Assembly (NCBI GenBank): GCA_020536535.1
Contig: JAHLWZ010000573.1
Coordinates: 1-64,000 of the forward strand
Reading direction: 5' to 3'
Length of the DNA stretch: 64,000 nucleotides
DNA from: Pelomyxa schiedti
Lineage: Eukaryota; Protista; Evosea
Under the pieces are notes generated by a model. The model was not told where the DNA came from. It did no database searches and worked only from the letters and a program-made list of their open reading frames with translations. Shown here in pieces: positions 11,500 through 31,483 of this stretch; within the stretch, counting starts at the first letter, position 1, and every line of letters starts with the position of its first letter. The translations under genes were made by a program, and so were the position numbers.

Positions 11500-13161
11500 A
11501 TGCAAATCAGCGGGGGTGGGCACCTTGTGCCTCCGGTAACAGTCTCCCCGCCATCGCCCAACATCAACAGCAGCAACAACAGCAACAACAACAACCACAC
11601 AGCACCAGGGGTTGGGAGGCCCCCTTTGTCCCCCGCAACGTCGGCGTTCACCGCCACTGTACCAGGGACCGGGGGGGGAGCAACAACGCCAACAATAACA
11701 ACAACAACGGGGGGTGCGAGGGATACCGTGGGGGTAGGAGGAGGAGGAGGAGGGGGGGCTCCGCCTTCCACGTTGCTGAGCCCAAACCATTCCCCGACGT
11801 CGCCGCCCACACCGACCACGCCACCACTACAGTGGGCTGTCGATGACAATAGGTCAGGTAGTATTCTCGCTTGGGGCTACGCGTTGCTTCACTAATATAC
11901 TCTCCGCTTTGCAGGCTCACCGGACATGCCAAACATAGACGATGCGTCGCACCCGGGGGTGGGGCTGACGAGTGGAGCCGGTGAGCAGCGCTCTAGAACT
12001 CTGGCCACACCTCCAGTCCTTTCGTCGGAGCAGTTGTTCCGAGCGGCACACTGGGAGTCCTCTATAGTTCCTCCAGGTTCCGCATCTTACCCTTCTATTA
12101 TGGTGCCACCTTTTGGTGTGTTACCTCAGTTCCTCTTTTTCCTAAACCATCAAAGTTCCAAGCGTGGAATTCGAGGGTAAGAGCTTTTCAACAGATGAAG
12201 ATCTTCATAGTGTACCACAGTCCATTGCTGAAGTGCGCCTTCCTTCGTGCTGTTCTTGTAGTAAAGCCTGACAAATCCTAAACAGATTTATGAACTTTCC
12301 AACAAGAACAGGAAAAAAAATAAAGAAAAGAAAAAAATGAAGGAGGACAGGCAGTTTGACTATGATGAAGAGTACATGAAACTTAAACTCTTGCTGCGTT
12401 CTAAAACTTTATTATAGAGAAAATGAAGAAGACTCTGAAGATCAAAAAACACCCACGCTTCCCCCAACTGATGAAGATGGTTTCTTTCTGTACAAGTCTC
12501 TATTTTTCCTAATGTTCCAAGGTAAACCTATTATCAAAGAAGATAAAATCGAGTTCATGCGCCGAATTGGTTGGCTACGTGAAACGGCTCTTCCACCCCC
12601 GCAAACTTCACCCCTGTACAAACCAATGGGTTTCTTCCCCCCAGGGACCCCACCACCGCACTTTGGTGCCCCGCCTCCTCCCGGACTCCCGCACCAGGGT
12701 CCTTATGCTACCTACCAGCCATTGTTACAGCAGCCTCAGATTCCTTACCACTATCAACAGTACCAGGCTGATGGGATAACGCCCTTCCGAAAAACGCCGC
12801 ACAAACCTCCCCCACTCCCCCCTCCACACATTCCTATGGTGGTTCCACCATTCCCACCATATGGCACGTTTGACTACCCACCGCCAATGCCTTACTTCTA
12901 TCCACAGGTATATTGTATTCACACACTCCTAATCACCAACTAACACACACGCAGGGCTACCGGGTTCCCTACATTCCCAACCAACCAGCTCGATCTGTAC
13001 CTGTTGTTCCACTTTGTGGGAATGGGCTTGTGCAAGCACAGTCACCACCACTCCCACCACAGCCCACTACCAATGGACGTGGTGGCTACGTTGGTTCCCC
13101 CCCGAGCCCTCACTCATTCAGTGTTGGCTCCCCTCCAAGATACAAACGAGGGGGCTACTGA
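11500..13161 (+). CDS. Proline-rich hypothetical protein, multi-exon
   Basis: Chained P/G/N-rich exons with GT-AG introns, a K-rich patch (NKNRKKNKEKKKMK), ending RYKRGGY*. Confidence 0.6.
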
Positions 13162-13243
13162 CCACCCACCTTCTAGCGTGCAGCCACCTTGTAAATTATT
13201 CCTTGTCTTGGCATAACGTTAAAAAAAAAAAAGAATTTCGAGA

Positions 13244-17557
<4,314 letters not shown>

Positions 17558-17580
17558 TTGTAACAGAAAAGTTTTATCTT

Positions 17581-22169
<4,589 letters not shown>

Positions 22170-22530
22170 GTTTGTGTCTTGGTGTTCTTTGTATTTGTGA
22201 AATACACAAGCAAAAAGGATCTTCGCGAAAGAGAACACGAAAACATTCGAAGCCTTATTGTAAACCAATCCTACACCTTTTGACTATGAAGTTTCGCTGA
22301 TTTCTCCGCTGTGGATATTTGGTACATCTCTCAAATCACGTTCGAGGAACCGATTGCCAATCTTATTGAGATATTTTCCCCAAAATTGCGAAGTAGGGTA
22401 GGTCCCAACTTCCGCCGCCGTGGTAACACGCACCCATTTTAATTAAGAGTTTGGAGGGTGATTCTGCCATTACTATCTGGCAACCACAGAAAAGAAGACG
22501 CCAACAAATCGTTAATCATAAATTCGGGAG

Positions 22531-25500
22531 TCAGGAATCAGATGTCAGCAAGGTGCGAAGGGTGTGTACACAGGCAGGGTCAGGGGTGTTCAGCAGTTCA
22601 GCCATCAGACACAAGATTGAGTGAAAGGCCAGGAGCGTTGCATTGCTCCATTCACACACACGTATAGCTTCCCTCAGAGCTACAAGGGCTTCAGATTCTG
22701 TTTGAAAGTAAGTTGGTATACATAAAATGAAATGAATTGCCTGGTATGTTTTTTATCAGGTCAAGGACGTAGGCCAGTGAGGAGTTTCTTACAAATTCCC
22801 CACGAGCATTTTCAGTGAGATTTGCATATTCTAGGGTGAAACGCTCCCAACTGTCGCGACTTCGTGAGTATTTCCGTTAAACGGGAAAGGGATCACACTC
22901 ATCGTTGGCCAGAACGGCAGACCAAATTCCGCCAATCATTTCTTGCCGTGATTGTTGATCAGTAAGCTGGCATTGACTAGTCACATTGTGTAGAATACCC
23001 AACAAAATCTTACTGTTGTTGAATTACTCCACAGAGATAGTGCATCTAAGAAGAGGGCTTTATCACGTCTCTTAGCTTGCTGGTCGAGAACCTCACTGCA
23101 TACAAATAATCAGAAGAGAGCTCTGTAGTATACTATACCTAACAAGGGCGGATGCGGTTATCGGGACTGATAGCTGAGGGCAGTATTGCTTCTGCAGCCT
23201 GAGCAAAAGTAGTCTTTCAGTAAGTACTTGAGGGATGTGAGGGAAAAAGGGTGATGGTTCAATCATTCATAGAACCTTCCTGTGTACCGCTTCCGCTGGC
23301 GATGGCTGAAAGAAACGCTAGGCTCGACAAGGACTGGATAGTATAAGTCTGCAATTGAAGTTGAATTTTTCGCATACCTGAGCCCGTGTAAAAAACTTAT
23401 CTTCTGTACTGGAAAGCATAGAAAGTGTACGAGCGGCGGAATCAAATTTATTTAAGTAAATGTCATGCACCCAGGAAAGTTGTGGGTGCCTGTAATGGGG
23501 TCAACTAACTCCTTTTAATAAGGTACCTTTCAAGAAATCCTGATAAAACTGTAGGGTGCCTTTCACCAAAAGCGATTAATTTAGCGCGAAGTCCTTTTTA
23601 AATAAGACAGGCAGCAAAAAGGGGTGTGAAACCTGTTGTGGAATCCAATAGGTTTTTCAAATAGAATTCGGTAAATGCAGCCCCAAACGTGTGGTAATAA
23701 CTGTCGATTTCCATGTCTGAGGTGCACATTTGGAGTAGCAGGCCAAATTCCTTTGAACAGTGGTAAACGGAAAGCAAAGCATACAAAATTACTTACTTGG
23801 AAGTCTACTGCTAGTTTTTTCGCCATTTCTACTTGCTTTGATGCGTAAAGGGTTTGTATCATGTTATAACGGTGTTCTTCGAAGGTATGGTTTGTGTTCA
23901 GGGGCAACATAGAATCTCTATATGAAGTCATGTGAATAAATTTGACACATGCCAACGAATAAAATGAATGATGGAAAACCTGAGAGCAGTCAGCAAAAAA
24001 TCACACAGTTTGTAGTAGTGTTTAAAAATTTCGTATTGAGTGATTTCATCTGGGGAGGGCTCAGTGTAGAAAACACAGTCGTAGAACAAACTTGATTTTT
24101 CCAGAGAAGCCTTAGTTAAGAAACGACCATTGCATTCACAGAGAAGTTCCAACGCGTGCACGATATTTGGGTCGTGCAGAAGTGCCACTATGTTTGGTTG
24201 GGATCTATTTTTTCCACGTGTGGACAGATACCTGGCTTGACTTGCGGTAATGACATTGCACGGAACTCCAGGAGCATATGCTGAAAATACGTCAAAAGAA
24301 AAGGTCACAGAATCTTGGGTAGTTACCACAAAGATTTTATTTGCTGTGCCAATTATGGCAGACTGCAGTTCTGTCACAGGTGATAAATTTTTGGCTATAT
24401 ACGGTAATATCTCGTCAATTTTTGTAGTCTAGTGAAAAAGTGAGACCATATTCTTACTCCTGAAATCAACTTGTGTGTAGAAGATTTCTTGAAGAGGAAT
24501 TCCCCGCCTCAAATTTGTCCAGTTTTGCGTCACAGAGTGTATAGAATTTACTAGATACTTGATGGCAGCTGTCTCTTTCCTTTTGGTGAGTCAGTTTAAA
24601 GACAGTTATGCAACTCAACTTATTCTCGAGGTCATTGTGCAGTATTCTCAATTGATAGGCTGCCCTTAATTTCTGGAACACGTTACACTACTTAGTATCA
24701 GGAAAAAGTACTTGATTGTGAAGCTGGATTATGCCAGGTACTGTACCAGAACGGCGAAATAAAAGGTTCAGCAGAAAGTTATGTTGTTTCACCTTCCTTT
24801 CGATATGAGTCAATGGGAAGAGCACTGGCGCGGAATCTGTAATATAAAGTTGACAGGCTTCTCCACAAAATTCTTACCTTCGACCTGTGAACTAGCCCAA
24901 GCAATCGTTGCTGTAGGCGCGGAAGTGTCAGCAATTTTTTGGCTACAAGAGATAGCCGCGCGTTCCAAGACATCCAAGGCAGGAACAAGAAAACTTTCAT
25001 CCTACTTGAGTGTTTGTGACCTGCGATTTCAAAGGGTGATACTACCTCGCTTGCGATGGCCCTCAAGAGTATTTCAGTGAATTCGTCGTCAGATCGCTGT
25101 GATGCAGGAATTGAGGGAATTTCTGTTGGCCTGATGGTCGTTCGCGGAAGCAATGCCAGGGGGGCGGCTACTAGCCCTTCAGGCAGTGTGGATTGAGATT
25201 GATTGTCTGCACTTGAAAGCCTGCTCGAGGTAGTAAGTGAAAAAATTGTACCTATACTGGGATTACACACATAGAAGAGGGGATAATGCCAGAAGGAGTT
25301 AAAAAAAAGCACGAGCCTTGATATAAATAACCACACAAGGATTTGAATACACTCCTCCTATCGTGAGGGTAGAAAGCAATTGTGAAAGGAAGAGTTTACC
25401 TCCGGAAAGAAATGGAACGGTGCATGTGATCACCTTTTCACAGTGAGATATGGCTAACTCTACACTTTGAATACCTTTAAAAACAAAGACTTCTTGGGGT

Positions 25501-26983
25501 GTATGAATGTACAGATTGCCAGTTTCATCGATAAACATCCCCACTTCAGATCCCTTTAAATAGTGATGTGGAATTCTTAAGTACTAGAGTGTACCTCAGA
25601 TATTTCAGGCTCACAGTTAGGGAGGTCAAGAGACACAATAAACTTTACAGCTCCAGAAAATTCCAAAACCGCGACATGGAACATGTGTTTGTGGGCCTGT
25701 GTCTCAACTTCATACAGGCAGTATAGAACGTGGGCATTGGATTGCGGAAAGACAGAAAGGTGATGCAAGGTTACAGTCACATTAGCTTCGTGATTACTCT
25801 TAAGCTTAAGAAGGAGGTCGATATCAGAAAGGAACTATCAAAAGTAAACAGGGCGTCACATATAATCACTTTCCCTACTTCAATTTGCGGCTGCAACTTC
25901 CATACTCGAACATAACAACTCGTGAGAACCACCAACCTGAATGGGTTAGACAGCAAAGGGTTACATTGACATACAGCTGTGTGGAGTCGGTAGTATCAAT
26001 AGATACCATTGATTTTACTTCTAGCCTTGTTTCTACCCCAGTTGCTCTGGACAATACGGGAATCTATACTACAATTACAACCACTACCACAATGATATAC
26101 AGAGAACAGGAGGAACTAGGCTGCTCCAGCTCCAGATTTTTGTTTCCATAGGAACCGCAGATTTTCTGTCAAGTAAAACTTTACTGACGGAGCCATCTGT
26201 GCTACCAAGGAAACATGACGTTTCCTATTGTAAATGAGAGACCAGCCAACAGCAACAAATCAGTGATAACATACCAGGAACCGTAAAACACAAAAGGAAG
26301 ATTTGGACTTGGGTAGTATTGTAAAGGTGGAAACAAGGTCTGGTGCGTTTACATCAGGCCAGTATGAGACACATCCTTTTTGTCACCTTCGGTTTAAGAG
26401 GGAAAGAGAAGACAAAAAAAGGGGGAGTACCGCTAGGAGTGCAAGCCACTAATCCAATTACGTGGCCAGACTGACGGGAATAAGCTGGGAAAAGAAAAAA
26501 AGAAAAAGGCAAACCTTGGTAAAGGTTGTGAGTTTGGGATGTATTTTTTCTGTGTAGGGTAATCGAGATATGATTCTGTCCTAAAGAAAGAATGAGTTCA
26601 AGGGTGAGAAGCTTTTACCAGACATTGGCCTGTTGAAAGATAATAAGACTAGACCGCTCAACGAGGACATAGCCCAGACCCGCGACACACGTCCCTTGTG
26701 TAGACGTGAGACGTCATACAAGGGGAATAAATAAAAACATACCCGAGGGGGATATTTCGACGAGGGCAGGGGGCAGCGGAATGACACCGGTATTGGTCGG
26801 CGATGTGTCGACTTCCATTGTACTGGTTGTTGTTGTGGATGACTGAACGGGGGTTTGTATGGGGGGTGCTATGGGCGTTGACGGGACACGCGCTGGAGTT
26901 GTGATTGTGGTCATTAGTGGTGTCGCCGGTGCATTGCGCCACAGTTGCCCGGGTCTCACTGGTGTTCGTGGTACACCACTCAT
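22531..26983 (-). CDS. NUP133: Nucleoporin Nup133-like
   Basis: TP-rich N-terminus. Propeller motif GCVSYWPD. C-terminal MAKKLAVDFQEFGLLLQMC..YYHTFGAAFTEFYLK..HPQLSWVHDI..FDSAARTL resembles the Nup133 C-domain. Confidence 0.75.
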
Positions 26984-27258
26984 TTTATCCCGCAATAATA
27001 GATCTGACATCAAACTGTGTGAATTGTTAGGGAATTGAAAAGGTAGGACTCACAGCCTTAAGCCACCTACCCCCAGAACGAGGGAGTGGGGCAAGCATAA
27101 GAGAGTTTTTGCCCATTCGCCTGAAGAGTCCGGTTATGCGAACCTAAAAACCTCCTCATTTCTCTAGAAATGCACCCAAAAAAAACACAACATAACCCTT
27201 CGTTTGAGGAGCAAAACAAAAGAAAAAAACAACAAATAAAAAACAACAAGTTACAGCA

Positions 27259-28030
27259 ATGCGCACACGAACAGTAGGTCCCGGAGGCTCCGGAAAGACC
27301 AACTCAACGCTCGACCCCGGCAAAATGTGTGTCTAATTAACGTGCTTCGTTGTGTTTCTAACAGTTCATCGGCAGGTACGGCACGAGTCCCACAAACACT
27401 GGGTACCGTCGCTCTGGTACTGCTGCTGGTCCTGCTTCTTCGCATGGCAGCTACACATCCACGCTCGACATGGGAAAGAACATGCCCTCGGGAAACACGG
27501 CGTCGGGCTACAGAATGTCAGGTTGGATCGCGATCACCATTTCTTCTTGCTTCTGACATTTGCCAAAGGAACTGCAGCTGGACCCGCCTCGTCGCATGCC
27601 AACTATACCGCCACTCAAGATATGGGCAAGAACTTACCGTCTGGAAATACCGCTAGTAACAATCAGCCACAGTTTTGTGTTATTTGGCTTACGAGTTCTT
27701 ACTTAGGTGGTTACCGCAGGTCCGGTGATGTTGCTGGTCCCACTTCATCCCACGCAACTTACACTCCTACCCTCGATCCAGGTTTGTCCGATCCCAATGT
27801 ATTATAAGCTCACTGTCGCAGGTAAAATGATGGTGGTGTCTGGTGGGTGCAATACATCTTTGGAGGAACCCGAAATTGACCCCAACGCCGAAAATCCGGA
27901 ACAAAACCCGAACGAACCCAACAACGAAACTCCGTCTGAGACACCATCAGAGACCCCCACCGAGACTCCCTCTGAGCACCCTACAGAACCAACTGAAACA
28001 CCCGCAGAGCCCACACCATCCGACTCCTAA
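27259..28030 (+). CDS. Small tandem-repeat protein (about 3.5 x 34 aa) with an acidic E/P/T tail; 5 exons
   Basis: Spliced reading: ...TLDPGKMYGTSPTNT GYRRSGTAAGPASSHGSYTSTLDMGKNMPSGNTAS GYRMSGTAAGPASSHANYTATQDMGKNLPSGNTAS GYRRSGDVAGPTSSHATYTPTLDPGK...ETPSETPSETPTE. Confidence 0.75.
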
Positions 28031-28096
28031 GGGGTGGATTGTAACGAAAGGAAAACCAAAAACTTTTGCCTCCTGTATTAATTGGCTTTTCTCTAG

Positions 28097-31000
28097 CTAC
28101 TCTGTATCCCCTGGTGCCTGGCTGGAGTTGTCATCCTCGGTAGACGTACTGGTTGTTGTATTGGTTGTTTCTATTGAAAGTGCTGTTGTGTCTGTATGGG
28201 CATCTGAGCTTGATGTCGTTACACTAGTAGTAGCTGTCTCCGGGTTTTCTGTTTCCGCTCTTGAGGAAGTGTGCAGACCGCGGAGAACTTTGGTTGACGG
28301 GAAGTATTTTAGGGCCAGAGCATTAATCTAAACGGTGGGTGGAATTTTATGTTACTTTTTAGTTACCTTGTCAGTGAGTTTTGTGGCTTTTGAAGACATT
28401 GCCTTTGTCACCGTTGATGATATTGCTTCGCATATACGTGTGGAGAAAAGGGCTGGGCGTCAACAGTAAGTATAAACACAACCACTCTGGAAGAACCTAA
28501 GACCCAATTATATAGACGACTAGCTTTCGAATCCGCCACATGCATGTCAAGGTGAGTTATTTCCAATTCCAATCTACTCAGAGTGATAGCCGGTTTCCCT
28601 CGCTGGAGAAAGTCACAAAGGGAAAAAAAAAAGAGTATTACCTCATCGAAATCAATGCCAAATCCCAGGTACCATGAACTCCCCAGTATCTCAGCACTTT
28701 TTGGTTATTACTACATTAATTATTTCTTTCCCTAGATGGAAGAAATACAAAGCAGAGCCAGAGTCAGAAATACGAGGCCAGGTGTGTTTGTTATACTTCC
28801 TATATTAATAAGTGTATTGGTTTTTTTCCCCCGGGAGTAGAAACCATGAGAAACTCCTTATGTGTGCGTCGAAATTGAGAACTGACAGTGTGACCAATTT
28901 TGTTACTGTGAAAAGTTAAGTACTTTCCTTATAAAGGTTATACCTTTGTCATAATCGAGATTTACATTTTCAGGTAATAAATCAAGGCCAGAAAGTACGA
29001 TATCCCTGTGTATCAACTTAACTCATGTCTCAGAAGAGTAAAGGAACCAGATTTCGTATGAAACCGAACCAAATGCAGAGTCCTTTGAACCAGAGATGGG
29101 AGGTATTTTGACAGTAATTATGTGTTCAGTGATAAAGGGAATAATAACTAAGAGTGTTAAAAGAAAGGAAAACAGTTACGAATTGCCTTGTTTCATATCC
29201 ATTAGAAATCTGTACGGCTATTACTACTGAATACGGATGCACTTGTTTAACTGTTTATTTTCTATCAGGAGTTCATGAAACTGTTCTCGAGTTGCCACAT
29301 CGATAATCATTTGTTTTGTATGCTCTACAAGCGTTTTAACCTCGGGAGTTCGAGAAATCTGTTTCACCACGTTTTTACCCTGATGTTTGAAATTAAGGAA
29401 TATGACTTAAGAGTTAAATCAACATGGTGGATGATTTTTCGGCTTCTCTCATTAGACATAATTCCACAAACAAGTTTATGGCCCTTGGAAATTAATTCCT
29501 AACGCGATAAGAAAAAGAAGTGAAGTCAGCTCTTCCTACCTGTGCTTCAGGATCAGAAGTAGCTGAACTAGCACGTGCCACAATCTTATCAAATTTTTCG
29601 GACTTCCCGTCAGTTTCTGTGGAAGAAATTTAATTGAAACAATAGAAGAATGAACAACCTTCAATTTCATCAACAACATCTGTGACCCACCGTTTACCAT
29701 CAGTTAGTATAGTCCCCATATTTACATGCTCTTCACCATCACCACTGAGAACCGACTTCGTGTGTTCTTCCTGAAGGGATTGAATAAAACTCTAACTGCA
29801 GGCATTTATACAAGTAGGCTTTTAAGAATTTTTTTGGTTTCATTCAACATCTTTAAAGTATCGGTAGCTGCCATGAATGAGAGATAGTAATGTATTCTTC
29901 TGGGACTACCTTTCAAATCATCAAGAAATTTCCCTCCCTCTTCCATGAGAGGCTGAAAAGAGTTTATGAAATAATTCTTCCTGGTTTTCTTCCAACCTTT
30001 AAGGTTTCACTAATTTCTGGATCAGCCTGTAGAATAAATTCTTCAAGCCATTTCTTCCGTTCAAGCCATCTTTTCTTGTTAAATTACGCAATTGAACTGA
30101 AAAGATTATACTTCTCCTTGTGGCGTTCCTGGGCTCGTACTTCTGGGAGCCAGTTTCGGATGAAACTTTCGATTTAATAATAAGAATGTTACCTCGTAAG
30201 GCAGACCGCGCAAGATCGATCAATGATTCACATTGGGGATCGTCACTGAATCTTTCAGCTATTGGCAATGAGTTGGTAGAGTACAATAATAACTTTACCA
30301 AGATTTTTACTATGTACAAGTATTGTTTCAATTTGTGAGGGTTCTATTGTCGCATTTGAATCTTTCTGGAGAAATGGTTAAGTTCAAGATGGAGTGAATA
30401 ACTCACAAGGCATCTCAGAAAAATCTTTCCTTCATTGAATAGCTGGGAGTACTCAGGATTATCTTGAATCTTCGTAAGAAATTCCTCTCCTTCTGCCTGT
30501 AACTTTTGGGCTTGCTCACTACTCTGTGAAGAGATTAAGAAAGATATTTTTGAAATAAAAGACTGCCTTCCATTCAGCAAGTAAAAGTTGTCCTTTTTCG
30601 ATTAACACCTTTGTCTCCTCTTGCTTTTTTATCACTTTCAGTAGCTTTTTCGCGTCCTGAATGGATTAGAAAAGCAAATACTTATATGGATACCTGTGCA
30701 ATGACCTTGCCTCGCTGTTGGTAGATAGTATCAACAAATTGTTGATTTCGTCTTACCACAGCATGTGTTCTGTCATAGACTCTTGTTTGTTTTATGAGAT
30801 AAGAGTTTTGTAAAAAATCAAAGAATGTGAGTACTCTCGTTTGGTTGGAACATAGGCTTCTTCATCAGTCGACGCATCGTTGCTTTCATCACTAGAATCG
30901 CATCCGCTCTCAGAATTTGTTTCCATGGATCCATCTGGATTTATACAAGGAGGTTCCGTGGTGGTGGTGGTAGTCTTTGCTTTGGGCTTTTTTGGTAAAG

Positions 31001-31220
31001 TGGGTGATTTGATAGCCGTTGACAAAAGTGAAGCCAACTCAACAAAACTCATGTTAGTGGCTGCAGCTGAATCCATCGTACATGTTGTGGTTGTGGTTGT
31101 AGTAGTGGTTGGTACTGTTACAGTTTGTACATTACAGTCGCTCGGTTCCTCAGTCTCGGTGGTCGGTTCCGTGTTTGCGTGTACTACGTAAAGATGAGAT
31201 CTCTCGCCCTCATCTTGCAT
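28097..31220 (-). CDS. Helical protein with a probable C-terminal TULIP (BPI/HAM1-like) lipid-binding domain
   Basis: Multi-exon and helix-rich. C-terminal VKIPPISG..FSWKYNKHTWPRISDSGSA..LDMHVADSKASRLYNW resembles BPI/HAM1-type repeats (recall). Confidence 0.5.
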
Positions 31221-31483
31221 CTTCCTTCTTCTTTACAAGCTTCAAAGTCAAACTGGTTTCCCTCAACGATGCAGGCAACGACTGTCACTTAAAACACCGA
31301 CTGATGTTTGTAATACGTTGGCCTTCTCTCCCGTCGCGTAGCGACAAAGTCGTAGTTACGAGACTAGTGCTATACAGCTAAAAAAAGACGCCACCAACTT
31401 TGTGAGACTGTTCGAAATCAAAAACCTTGGTGGCCTCGCCTCAAAACAACAAACAAAAAACAAAAACCAACACCGCAACACAC

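Noticed and set aside
27277-27300. Perfect Walker A motif GPGGSGKT
   Set aside because: No NTPase domain follows. It aligns with the AGPASSH part of the protein's own repeat.
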